Shown here one piece after another: positions 32,220 to 41,055 of a stretch of 64,000 bases of DNA. Each line of letters starts with the position of its first letter. Within the stretch, counting starts at the first letter, position 1. The notes below the pieces were generated by a model. The model was given only the letters and a program-made list of their open reading frames with translations. It searched no databases and was not told the origin of the DNA. This stretch comes from Escherichia phage PNJ-6. The stretch lies in the sequence record OQ076693. The stretch is one strand, 5' to 3'. Position numbers and translations under genes: made by a program.

Positions 32220-32270
32220 GGCACTATTACTAAAGACCGTATAATCTATCATCTTATGTGTAATAGTGCC
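32220..32270. repeat. 11-bp perfect inverted repeat flanking a 29-nt loop
   Basis: GGCACTATTAC (32220-32230) and GTAATAGTGCC (32260-32270); loop contains TATAAT on the + strand; between the glycosyltransferase gene and the rIIA-proximal ORF. Confidence 0.6.
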
Positions 32271-32286
32271 TCAGGCTATTCAGGAT

Positions 32287-33387
32287 TTACGCTGTGAAGA
32301 TTTTATCCCACATCGCAACAACTGCATCTCGATTATACTTCTTCCATACTGCTTCAGCACGTTTAACTCGAGCTTCGTATGTGTCAGTGAATTCTAATAC
32401 AGCTTTTGTGTAAAGCGCAACTACTTCTTTCTTAGGAGTAGAGGAATCAATTTCTACACGCACAGTATCTGGGTCGTATTCGAATGTCGCATGAGGATAA
32501 TCCTTAAAAACTAACTGGATTACAGGGACACCTTTAGAGATGGCTTCAATAGAACTATTCTCTACCGTACCTGTGTCAGGACACGTATTAATAAGTGCTT
32601 TAGCTGTTTTAAGACGTTCCATGATTTCACTGTGTGGAGCATCAATAATAACAGGATATTTAGCTGGTGGTGCCCATTTGCTTGGACAGTATCCTACACC
32701 ATTTTCGCCTAGTGCTTTAATCGCTTCAAGAGCAACATCAGTACGACGCATTTTAGTGTCATAACGTTGTGCACTAATAATCAGATCAGTCGCCGGGAGA
32801 ACTTCTGGCTTTTCAGTCAAACAAATAACCGGATAATCTTCGGCTTCAAACAACGGATTTGCTCGCCAATAATCATAATCAATTTTGTCAGTCAGAGCTG
32901 AAGTCATATAACAATATTTGCGTTCAAATTCACGGAAGGCTTTAGTAGGAGCATAACTCTTACCACCATTCTTATGAATTTGAATAGTCTGGTCCCAAAT
33001 TTGAACAATGCCACGAGATACCGGTTCAAATGGTGTTGCCATAAAATTCTTATGAACTTTAGAGAGACCTGCGTCTTTAATTGCCTGAACGGTTAGTTTA
33101 GTCGGTTCCATAGTAACAACAAAATCGTATTCATGGATGCCGGCTAGTTCAACAATCTTACGAGCCATAGTATAACTCATACCTAGACTAAATTTAGTCA
33201 GATGCCCAACAGGATGGTGTGTAACTTTCCAGTCACCAAACGTGTCATTATCAAAGCCGATATAATCAATATCAGCACCGATGGACACAAGATATTTCAA
33301 CACATTTAAATGTACTGCTTCAAGACCACCTTGTACACGGTCAGGATTAAATGGGACTGCACGAGATGGGATAAACATAACTTTCAT
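32287..33387 (-). CDS. GT-B fold glycosyltransferase (candidate hmC-DNA sugar transferase)
   Basis: 366-aa ORF; N-terminal Rossmann-like start (MKVMFIPSRAVPF) and C-terminal GT4-like donor-binding motif (TGTVENSSIEAISKGVPVIQ); between rIIA and 39, where T4 has no glycosyltransferase. Confidence 0.65.
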   Translation of the reverse strand: MKVMFIPSRAVPFNPDRVQGGLEAVHLNVLKYLVSIGADIDYIGFDNDTFGDWKVTHHPVGHLTKFSLGMSYTMARKIVELAGIHEYDFVVTMEPTKLTVQAIKDAGLSKVHKNFMATPFEPVSRGIVQIWDQTIQIHKNGGKSYAPTKAFREFERKYCYMTSALTDKIDYDYWRANPLFEAEDYPVICLTEKPEVLPATDLIISAQRYDTKMRRTDVALEAIKALGENGVGYCPSKWAPPAKYPVIIDAPHSEIMERLKTAKALINTCPDTGTVENSSIEAISKGVPVIQLVFKDYPHATFEYDPDTVRVEIDSSTPKKEVVALYTKAVLEFTDTYEARVKRAEAVWKKYNRDAVVAMWDKIFTA

Positions 33388-33413
33388 AATTAAGCCTTAT
33401 TAAAATTAAAATG

Positions 33414-33431
33414 AAGCTCCCTAAGGAGCTT
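33414..33431 (-). terminator. hairpin overlapping the gene 39 stop codon
   Basis: AAGCTCC-CTAA-GGAGCTT; minus strand continues CAUUUUAAUUUU; the glycosyltransferase ATG is about 30 nt further downstream. Confidence 0.45.
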
Positions 33432-35247
33432 AGGACATCCATTCTTTACGAAGTTCTGAATCATCACCCAACAACATTTCAAAGAGTTCTTTCCAATTTT
33501 CAGGAAGTTTAACTACGTCGTACACAGGGTTCTGAATCATTTCACGATATTCTGACTTTTCAAGGGAGCCCAATCCTTTGATGTATCGAATACTATGCTT
33601 AGGCAGTGTATCTTTAGCTTCTTCGTACTCAGCTACAGTATAAAACCATTTTTGAGTTTTGCCAATTTGTGCAATAATTACAGGCGTTTTAACAAAGCGA
33701 ATACGTCCTTGTTCAAACAATTCAGGCCAATTACTAAAGAAAGCAAGCAAAGCCGGATAAATACTTCCAAGACCGTCATGATCGGCATCGGTCATAATCG
33801 CAATATTACGATAGTTCGTGTTCTCTGCCTTTTCACCAAGAATAAGACCTGTGATAGCACAGATATCAAAGAGCTCTTTGTTCTTCATCATATCAGCATA
33901 TGACATACCCCAGCTATTCATCACCTTACCACGTAATGGGAATCCACCGTGTAGTTCACGGTCACGAACATCAATGAGATAACCAATTGCCGAATCACCT
34001 TCTGTTAAGAACAATGTCGTATCTGCATCTTTACCACATTGGTTAGCTTTAATATGCTTATGAACCTTAGCTTTAGTTGCCTTTTTAGCTGCTTTAGTTT
34101 CTGCAGCCTTTTCTGCCGCCAATTTACGAGCTAATGCTGCTTCGACAATAGGCATAATCAAGGCTTCGTTTTTAAGAAGTGCCTGAGCAATTTTCTTAGC
34201 ATCTAATTGGATATGATTACGAATATCACCATACGTTGACGTTAAACGTTCTTTAGTCTGAGAATCAAAACGCATGTTGCTCATGTCTCTAATAAACATC
34301 AACATTGTGAGGCATTCTTTAACACGAGCTTTAGTGACTTCAATACCCTTATATTTCTTTTTAATACCCGGCAAAAGATGTTCGCAGATATCATCCATTA
34401 CACATTCAACATGATGACCACCGTTTTTAGTATGGATGTTATTCACATAAGTTAAATGACGGAAGCCGTCTGGTGATGTTGTGAATGCTATAGAGACTTT
34501 ATCATTTTCTTGAATAATGTTATCTTCACCAAATTGTTTAGCAAATCGTTTAAAATTACCATCAACCTTTTTACCATTAAATGTGAACTTGATATCAGGA
34601 TAAACGACTGCCAATGTTTGAAGTCGGTCTAAAGTAATATCTAAATAAATTTGAGATAAATTATGTTCTTCAAATGAAGAGAAATCAGGAGTGAAGATTA
34701 CTTTAGTGCCTTTACCTTTAGATTTCTTAGAAGACCATGATTTGTTTTCCATTCCGTTTGAACAGTTAACAGTGATTTCATTTTCACCATCTGACGTTAT
34801 GCCTGTAAACAACGTAGAGAAGATATTAGTTAAACTACTCCCGACGCCGTTCATACCACCAGTCTTACGTTCAGAGTCATCGCCAAAGTTACCGCCAGCC
34901 TTTGGAATAGTCCAGGCTGCTACAGGCCCAGGAATTTGTTCGCCTGTTTGGTCGGTAACTAAACCTTGAGGAATACCACGTCCGTTATCTTCCACCGAAA
35001 CTTGATTATTTTTAATTTGCACATCAATTTTATTTGCAAACTTAAATGATGTACGAATAGCTTCATCAACCGAGTTGTCAATAATCTCATCGATTAATTT
35101 AACCAGACCAGGAACATATTCAACTTGTTGATATTTACCAAACAAAAAACGCTCGTGGGCTTCTTTGGCCGAAGAACCAATATACATGCCACTACGTTTC
35201 TTAATATGTTCTACATCTGACAATACCTTAATTTCATTTTTAATCAT
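33430..35247 (-). CDS. 39: DNA topoisomerase II large subunit (GyrB-like ATPase + TOPRIM), single uninterrupted ORF
   Basis: 605-aa ORF; GHKL motifs (IDNSVDEA; DNGRGIP; GMNGVGSS) and TOPRIM (LTEGDSA; IMTDADHDG); one ORF covers what T4 splits between genes 39 and 60. Confidence 0.9.
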   Translation of the reverse strand: MIKNEIKVLSDVEHIKKRSGMYIGSSAKEAHERFLFGKYQQVEYVPGLVKLIDEIIDNSVDEAIRTSFKFANKIDVQIKNNQVSVEDNGRGIPQGLVTDQTGEQIPGPVAAWTIPKAGGNFGDDSERKTGGMNGVGSSLTNIFSTLFTGITSDGENEITVNCSNGMENKSWSSKKSKGKGTKVIFTPDFSSFEEHNLSQIYLDITLDRLQTLAVVYPDIKFTFNGKKVDGNFKRFAKQFGEDNIIQENDKVSIAFTTSPDGFRHLTYVNNIHTKNGGHHVECVMDDICEHLLPGIKKKYKGIEVTKARVKECLTMLMFIRDMSNMRFDSQTKERLTSTYGDIRNHIQLDAKKIAQALLKNEALIMPIVEAALARKLAAEKAAETKAAKKATKAKVHKHIKANQCGKDADTTLFLTEGDSAIGYLIDVRDRELHGGFPLRGKVMNSWGMSYADMMKNKELFDICAITGLILGEKAENTNYRNIAIMTDADHDGLGSIYPALLAFFSNWPELFEQGRIRFVKTPVIIAQIGKTQKWFYTVAEYEEAKDTLPKHSIRYIKGLGSLEKSEYREMIQNPVYDVVKLPENWKELFEMLLGDDSELRKEWMS

Positions 35248-35298
35248 GTTGTCTCCTCGTTATGAAGGTATTCTATCATCCGAAATCTAAAGCAAAAA

Positions 35299-35310
35299 GG
35301 GCCGAAGCCC
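35299..35310 (-). terminator. hairpin terminator after ORF 35311..35733
   Basis: GGGC-CGAA-GCCC followed on the minus strand by UUUUUGCUUU. Confidence 0.5.
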
Positions 35311-35733
35311 TTATTTAAATTTAATTTTCTGAAGTGCATCAATTGCAGCCAAACGACCTTGTTCACTTTTAACTGTAATGACCACATCACCTGATACGAT
35401 CACCGAACCATCAACGAATTCTATAGAGCCTTTTTTGAAATCGACAGTTGTATCTGGTTCCGGAACTTCTTCAAAGAATTTAAATTCTGCACCATAAATC
35501 AGAATATCACCTTGCATACTAATGATTGTACGTCCAGGTCCATCGGTTTCAGCGGCAATCATTGAAACACCGTAACCAATCATCTCTTCTACGATAAAAT
35601 CTCTTGATAATAAAACTGTATGCAGAGTGGTGTTAAGACGTTTACCAGTCGTATTAAGAATTCTCAAGAAATTATCTTCCTGTCCTTTGATAATACGATA
35701 TTTCTTACCAACTTCAAAACCTTTAAAAGCCAT
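35311..35733 (-). CDS. hypothetical protein
   Basis: 140-aa ORF followed by terminator hairpin 35299-35310. Confidence 0.5.
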   Translation of the reverse strand: MAFKGFEVGKKYRIIKGQEDNFLRILNTTGKRLNTTLHTVLLSRDFIVEEMIGYGVSMIAAETDGPGRTIISMQGDILIYGAEFKFFEEVPEPDTTVDFKKGSIEFVDGSVIVSGDVVITVKSEQGRLAAIDALQKIKFK

Positions 35734-35735
35734 AA

Positions 35736-35915
35736 TTAACCCTTCTTAAGTAAGTCGTAAAAACCACCGTTCACATGTTTAGGAGCAGAAACCCGACGAG
35801 TAGACAGACGATGACATTCAGGGCAAACATCGTTTTCTCGTTCAGAAATCCTTTTAATTTTTTCATATTCATGGCCACAATCTTCAGATTGACATTTATA
35901 GTCGTATAATGGCAT
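35736..35915 (-). CDS. small zinc-ribbon protein (59 aa)
   Basis: Below ORF-track cutoff; MPLYDYKCQSEDCGHEYE...VCPECHRLSTRRV has CxxxxC...CPxC zinc-ribbon spacing. Confidence 0.4.
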   Translation of the reverse strand: MPLYDYKCQSEDCGHEYEKIKRISERENDVCPECHRLSTRRVSAPKHVNGGFYDLLKKG

Positions 35916-35917
35916 TA

Positions 35918-36346
35918 TTATTCCTTAAAATGTGCTTTCAACATTTGATACAAAGACCACGCCTGGTCATTATTTTTGATAGTAATCGTCGTCACCGGAA
36001 ATTCAGACAATTCGTCAAGTTCACCAGAATCTTGCTCTTCAGACGCTTGATATGGATTTTCAACTTCGTCAAAGAACTCTGCTTCATTCGTGGAGAGCCA
36101 AATAAAGTTTTCATCAAGGATATCACCGCCTGTTGCGTATCCAACCATGCCAGTAGATGTCACAATTTTAGTAGGACGTCCAAGATGGTCAACATCTAAT
36201 ACTTTAAATGGTTCCATGCCAAGACGTCGTGCATAAATCCCATTATCAGTGTGGTCTTTAATAAACTCTTCTTGGGCACGTTTATCTATAAATTGGTACC
36301 ATGAGTTAACGCGGAATTTATTAGCCATTAGTAAGTTTCCTTCCAA
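35918..36346 (-). CDS. hypothetical protein
   Basis: 142-aa acidic ORF; start may be an internal ATG. Confidence 0.45.
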   Translation of the reverse strand: MEGNLLMANKFRVNSWYQFIDKRAQEEFIKDHTDNGIYARRLGMEPFKVLDVDHLGRPTKIVTSTGMVGYATGGDILDENFIWLSTNEAEFFDEVENPYQASEEQDSGELDELSEFPVTTITIKNNDQAWSLYQMLKAHFKE

Positions 36347-36555
36347 TAAGTTGTACCATTTTCAGTGATTTCACGGAAGATACCATAGATAGGCATTTCA
36401 TCACCGAGTTTTTCATAAACATAAACCACTTCAGTGTAGCATAAAAATTCGGTCCAGTTTTTCTGTACAACAACTAAATCAGGATTAAACAGAACATCTT
36501 CAAACTCATCGATGTTTGAATCAGTAGTTACGTTTTTAATGATTTGACGTTTCAT
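36328..36555 (-). CDS. hypothetical protein
   Basis: ORF 36328..36600 trimmed to the internal ATG with SD GAGGAGAA (MKRQIIKN...), 75 aa; promoter-like element 36576-36613 upstream. Confidence 0.45.
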   Translation of the reverse strand: MKRQIIKNVTTDSNIDEFEDVLFNPDLVVVQKNWTEFLCYTEVVYVYEKLGDEMPIYGIFREITENGTTYWKETY

Positions 36556-36612
36556 AATATTCTCCTCTTGTTTTGATAGGTCTATAGTATCATAGACCAT
36601 AGTTGTTGTACA

Positions 36613-37098
36613 TCATTTTAGCAAAATAAAATCAACTTGTTCTGCCAATGAACGTCTAAACATTAATTGACAACTTCCGAGGATGAAATCAGGTGCTTCA
36701 TAGACCGCGATGTAGTATCCTTTAGCTTTCAAGAGTTCAACATCCACCTGGTCATCAAACCAGGCATAAACCGCGTCAACACTTTCAAATCCAAAATAAA
36801 ACCCTTGAGCCCAATCTTCACCCAATTCAAATGTGTGCTCAATTCTATAGTATCTTAAGATATTTTGTTCAAGGAGTTTGTCTTCATTTACTGTAGGACG
36901 ATTAGGGACATTGTAGTTGTCGCCATGATGGTAGAAGTTACCTGAGAGTATTCCATGCTTATCAAGGAACTCCCATGTTTCTTCAGAGTTGTCGGTGCCC
37001 GACCAACCGTATGGCGAACGAGGTTCTTTATTCCAAGAGGTTTCCCCAAATTCTGACGGCTTTACCGTCTTCGATAGCAATTCCTGGTAATGATTCAC
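36613..37098 (-). CDS. hypothetical protein
   Basis: 161-aa ORF; early promoter at 37165-37193. Confidence 0.5.
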   Translation of the reverse strand: MNHYQELLSKTVKPSEFGETSWNKEPRSPYGWSGTDNSEETWEFLDKHGILSGNFYHHGDNYNVPNRPTVNEDKLLEQNILRYYRIEHTFELGEDWAQGFYFGFESVDAVYAWFDDQVDVELLKAKGYYIAVYEAPDFILGSCQLMFRRSLAEQVDFILLK

Positions 37099-37164
37099 GT
37101 TGAGTACAAAAACTACGTTCTACGCGGTAAACTAACATATTATTCTCCTCTGGTTGATATGGTT

Positions 37165-37193
37165 ATAATATCAAAACCAGAGGAGAAGTAAAC
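37165..37193 (-). promoter_or_regulatory. T4-type early promoter (-35 GTTTAC, 17 bp, -10 TATTAT)
   Basis: rc of 37188-37193 is GTTTAC; rc of 37165-37170 is TATTAT; upstream of ORF 36613..37098. Confidence 0.55.
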
Positions 37194-37197
37194 AACT

Positions 37198-37617
37198 TTA
37201 TGCGAAAGCAGCTGGGCTATATTTTTTAATTTGGAATTCAGGAACTACCATGAACTGTCCAGCGAAAACGATGTTATAAAGCTTAACACCATCTTCTACC
37301 CAACGGTCACTAATAAATCCGGCGATTTGCTTAGTTTTCCACGGTGTTCCATCAGTTGCCGCAGCAATAGTGAATTCATGGTCTTTTTCAACAGAAACTG
37401 ATCTGCATAGTCCCCATTTGAACGCTTTTTCTTCTGGTTCAATGAATTGGCTTTTAACATAGCCAATATTACCATTAGCATCACGAACTTTAACTTGGTT
37501 ACGACCAAAAACCGGATCACTCACAGAAAGAACTTCAACCAACTTCCCGGCAACTTTAGAGCGAGAAGCAACAGATACATATACGTAATCACCTGTAGAG
37601 AGATTTACAATATTCAT
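37198..37617 (-). CDS. hypothetical protein, tandem paralog family member 1
   Basis: 139-aa ORF sharing N-terminal ASRSKVAGKLVEV and C-terminal GFISDRWVEDGVKLYNIVFAGQF with the next two genes. Confidence 0.55.
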   Translation of the reverse strand: MNIVNLSTGDYVYVSVASRSKVAGKLVEVLSVSDPVFGRNQVKVRDANGNIGYVKSQFIEPEEKAFKWGLCRSVSVEKDHEFTIAAATDGTPWKTKQIAGFISDRWVEDGVKLYNIVFAGQFMVVPEFQIKKYSPAAFA

Positions 37618-37626
37618 AATAATTCC

Positions 37627-38124
37627 TTAAGCTTTACGAGGAGACACATAGCGAGTGATTTCAGATTCTTTAACGACTCGGAAGTCACCTAAGAATACGA
37701 TATTGTATAACTTTTCACCATCTTCAACCCATTGGTCACTAATGAAGCCACACATGATATCAGTTTTGCTTGGATAACCGTATTCGTCGATGTAATCAAA
37801 TTCTTTATCGGTTATAAATTCAACGCCTTTGCAAAGGGCCCATTTGAACTGTACATTAGGCTCAGTGGATTCACATACGTATCCATCACGTGATTCAACT
37901 TCTTCAACAGAAGCAAATTTGACTCGTATATGTTTTTCCAAGAATTTAGGACTTACGTAAGCGTACTGAGTATCCTGACGTCCAAAACTAGGAATGATTC
38001 GAACTTTAACTTCTTTAACACGTCCCATGCCGTTAGTACGAAGCCCTGCTACTTCAACCAGACGACCTGCAGCTTTAGAACGAGAAGCAGGAGATACACG
38101 AAGGATTTCACCAATAGTAATCAT
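37627..38124 (-). CDS. hypothetical protein, tandem paralog family member 2
   Basis: 165-aa ORF; ASRSKAAGRLVEV and GFISDQWVEDGEKLYNIVFLGDF shared with neighbours. Confidence 0.55.
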   Translation of the reverse strand: MITIGEILRVSPASRSKAAGRLVEVAGLRTNGMGRVKEVKVRIIPSFGRQDTQYAYVSPKFLEKHIRVKFASVEEVESRDGYVCESTEPNVQFKWALCKGVEFITDKEFDYIDEYGYPSKTDIMCGFISDQWVEDGEKLYNIVFLGDFRVVKESEITRYVSPRKA

Positions 38125-38184
38125 AATTTCTCTCTTTGTTTAAATTGAATTTACTATACTCCATCCGTCCTTGGATGTACAACA

Positions 38185-38679
38185 TTAATTAAGGATATTA
38201 ACCACAGCACTACGTGGAACCACACTAAAATCACCTGCATGAACTACGTTCAGAAGTTCAACACCATCTTCAATCCATTGGTCAGTTACCCATCCATTTA
38301 CTGGACCAGCGAATGGGCGTCGAATTGAAACATATTTACACAATAAATCAGTAGGCTCAATAGGCTTAATCAGAGTACCGTACATACAAGCGATATCCAT
38401 ATCAAAGTGGAGACCATCTTTAACAGGTGCTTCTTCAATCAACAGTTCAAAGTCGGTGCTTGGAATGGCAGTAGTAGAAATTGTACCGTATGAATTTTTA
38501 ATTTCTAAGAATAACCAAGGGCCTTCAACTTGTTTGATGAAGTTAACAATAGTGAAACTATTACCTTGAGTGGCACCTAAAATTTCACAAAACTTTTCAT
38601 AAGTTCGCACTGAAGCACCGTACCAGTTGATTTGTTTTTCGTCTTTCAGGATGTAAGTAGCCGTAGTATTGATGTTCAT
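38185..38679 (-). CDS. hypothetical protein, tandem paralog family member 3
   Basis: ORF 38185..38721 trimmed to internal ATG with SD AGGAAA; C-terminal GWVTDQWIEDGVELLNVVHAGDF is paralogous to members 1 and 2. Confidence 0.5.
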   Translation of the reverse strand: MNINTTATYILKDEKQINWYGASVRTYEKFCEILGATQGNSFTIVNFIKQVEGPWLFLEIKNSYGTISTTAIPSTDFELLIEEAPVKDGLHFDMDIACMYGTLIKPIEPTDLLCKYVSIRRPFAGPVNGWVTDQWIEDGVELLNVVHAGDFSVVPRSAVVNILN

Positions 38680-38709
38680 AATGTTTTCCTGTTTGGTTAA
38701 GATAGAAAG

Positions 38710-38739
38710 ATTATACTCCAACCATCCTTGGTTGTAAAC
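38710..38739 (-). promoter_or_regulatory. T4-type early promoter (-35 GTTTAC, 18 bp, -10 TATAAT)
   Basis: rc of 38734-38739 is GTTTAC; rc of 38710-38715 is TATAAT; upstream of paralog 3; a similar element lies upstream of paralog 2 (38153-38182). Confidence 0.55.
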
Positions 38740-38744
38740 TGGTT

Positions 38745-39422
38745 TTATCGCTGTTTTACACTTAACGGGTCAGGATTCTCAGGGACATCTTCAAGGCCAA
38801 GCGCATAACGCTGAGCATATTTTAACATCAAAATATCTTTAGCACAATCATGAATACTATCATGGGCAACGAATCCTTTTAACGTACCCATCGGTAATGG
38901 ACACATACTTAATCCTCGTGTCAACGAGTAAGCTTCGATTGCTGTACGAATATCACGTTGAGCCCAGAATTTAACCGGTTCTAATTTATCAGTATCAATA
39001 TCTGGTTCAAGAACACCTTCATCACGATAGAGGTCACGAATCAAATCGACCAAGATCGGGAAGTCAAAGCTCATACCACGGCACCACATCTGTGATTTCC
39101 ATTGGTCAACTTTATTAGCTCGGCAATAGTCTAAAAAGATTTTAATGCCTTCAAGCGTAGTGACATCGTCTTCAGATGGAGCCAAGTTTTTACGTGCTTC
39201 AGCCGATTGTTCTTTCCACCATTTCATAGTGGATTTAGCGAAAACTCGCTTCCCTTTCTGAGAAGCCAAATTAAATTTAATTCGCTTACCTCGTTGAACA
39301 AGTTCTTCAAATGATTCAACAACTTCAGGGTCGGAATTATATGCAATAACCGCAAGGTCAATAACAGCCGCTTTTGATGTATTGCCGAATGTTTCAAAAT
39401 CTATAATAACATCAGTGCTCAT
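38745..39422 (-). CDS. dexA: exonuclease A (DEDD-type 3'-5' exonuclease)
   Basis: 225-aa ORF with N-terminal Exo I motif (VIIDFETFG) and later acidic motifs; upstream of dda as in T4. Confidence 0.82.
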   Translation of the reverse strand: MSTDVIIDFETFGNTSKAAVIDLAVIAYNSDPEVVESFEELVQRGKRIKFNLASQKGKRVFAKSTMKWWKEQSAEARKNLAPSEDDVTTLEGIKIFLDYCRANKVDQWKSQMWCRGMSFDFPILVDLIRDLYRDEGVLEPDIDTDKLEPVKFWAQRDIRTAIEAYSLTRGLSMCPLPMGTLKGFVAHDSIHDCAKDILMLKYAQRYALGLEDVPENPDPLSVKQR

Positions 39423-39431
39423 AATTTTCTC

Positions 39432-40745
39432 TCAAATAAAATGGACGTCAAACCGACCACGAGTTGTGCCGACATACAATAACTGTTTAGCTAATTCTGA
39501 ATCGGCGTAATGGATACACGGTGTATAAACAAAGGCCGTGTCAACAGACATACCCTGGGCCTTATGGAAGGTTGATACTGGTAGTGCCTTCACCTTAGTG
39601 AACATACGTTTAGCATCCCAGAATTCGCTCCATGGAGCTTTACCACCTTTATTCCAAAATTTGTATGTTTCTGCGGTCTTAGCCAAAAACAAATTGAATT
39701 TATAAAGCTCTTCTTCAGAAGAAATAACCTTTATATCTTCGCGGATGTATTCTTCATCATCCCCATACGTTTCTACTGTAAGATTCCAGTATCGTATCAT
39801 ATATTCGCCTGAAACACCACGTGCTTTAACGAATGTAGACGTTTCTACAGCATCTCGAATACGAACGAATTGACCGTTATTGAAAAGCATTTCGGTCATA
39901 TTTTTACCATCTAGCTTATATGTCTTAGTAAACGGCTCTTGTAGAACAATGACTTCGTCTTTAATAAATGGTTTTTCTGTTTCAAGAAGTTTTCGGCGAA
40001 TAATTGAATTTAACTTGTCCACCGACTTATTTGTGAATGCCATCATTCGATTTTCGAAAAGGTCTTCAGGAGTTTTAACGACGTTAAAATAGTTCATCAT
40101 ATACGATTTAAGGTCTGTATATCCGTGAACACCGTGCCCATCAACTACTTTATCGTAAATCCATTTGCCATTACGAATATCAGTCGCAACATCAATAATT
40201 GGTGCATTGCTACGTTTAACTTCTGTAAGGTTGCATTGCACGAAGTCTTTGTGAGTGAAGAAAGGACTTAGATACGCAGTTGATTCGCCTGGGTCTACCG
40301 GACGAATCTGGCATCGGTCGCCGATTCCAATTACTGTACACCATTTAGGGATACTAGCTAACATTATTTTAAACAGAGAACGGTCGCACATTGACGCTTC
40401 ATCAAATAACAGTACACGACACAAGGCTAAGTCTGGAACCTTTTTCTGTTCAAATAATACGTTTTCTTCGTATGTAGTTGGGTTGATTTTAAGAATGCTA
40501 TGAATAGTCGATGCTTCTTGACCAGCAAGTTTGCTTAGAACCTTTTTAGCAGCATGTGTAGGGGCCGCTAAAATAATACCTGATTCTCCGGCAGAAATAA
40601 GAGCTTCAACGATGAATCTAGTAAGGGTTGTTTTACCTGTACCAGCAGGCCCATTAATAGTTACGTGATGTTTCTTTTCTTTAATAGCGTTCATAACAAC
40701 GTTGAAGGCGTTTTTCTGGCCTTCAGTCAAATCATCAAATGTCAT
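39432..40745 (-). CDS. dda: Dda SF1 DNA helicase
   Basis: 437-aa ORF; Walker A (GPAGTGKTT), Walker B region (LLFDEASM), SF1B helicase motifs. Confidence 0.9.
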   Translation of the reverse strand: MTFDDLTEGQKNAFNVVMNAIKEKKHHVTINGPAGTGKTTLTRFIVEALISAGESGIILAAPTHAAKKVLSKLAGQEASTIHSILKINPTTYEENVLFEQKKVPDLALCRVLLFDEASMCDRSLFKIMLASIPKWCTVIGIGDRCQIRPVDPGESTAYLSPFFTHKDFVQCNLTEVKRSNAPIIDVATDIRNGKWIYDKVVDGHGVHGYTDLKSYMMNYFNVVKTPEDLFENRMMAFTNKSVDKLNSIIRRKLLETEKPFIKDEVIVLQEPFTKTYKLDGKNMTEMLFNNGQFVRIRDAVETSTFVKARGVSGEYMIRYWNLTVETYGDDEEYIREDIKVISSEEELYKFNLFLAKTAETYKFWNKGGKAPWSEFWDAKRMFTKVKALPVSTFHKAQGMSVDTAFVYTPCIHYADSELAKQLLYVGTTRGRFDVHFI

Positions 40746-41053
40746 CGTAAAGTCCCTGCAATTGGAATACTAACAATACGGCCTGTGTCCAGGATTCGTT
40801 GATACAATTTTTGCGTCTCCGCATCTAGTTTAATGCGTTTCATTTCAAGCTTATTAAACCAGAACTTACGCGGAGTTTCGACCATTCTTAGAACTCCCAT
40901 TTTTAAATCTGTTTTATACTGGGTTTTCAAAGTATCGAAAACTTTATCTGCAATATCCTTTCTAAAAAATACTGCAGGACGATGCTCATCAAGTGGAACC
41001 GGGACAGTAAATCCTTCCATATCTCGATAAACTATTGCATATACATAAACCAT
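40742..41053 (-). CDS. hypothetical protein
   Basis: 103-aa ORF, ATGA-coupled to dda. Confidence 0.5.
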   Translation of the reverse strand: MVYVYAIVYRDMEGFTVPVPLDEHRPAVFFRKDIADKVFDTLKTQYKTDLKMGVLRMVETPRKFWFNKLEMKRIKLDAETQKLYQRILDTGRIVSIPIAGTLR

Positions 41054-41055
41054 AA

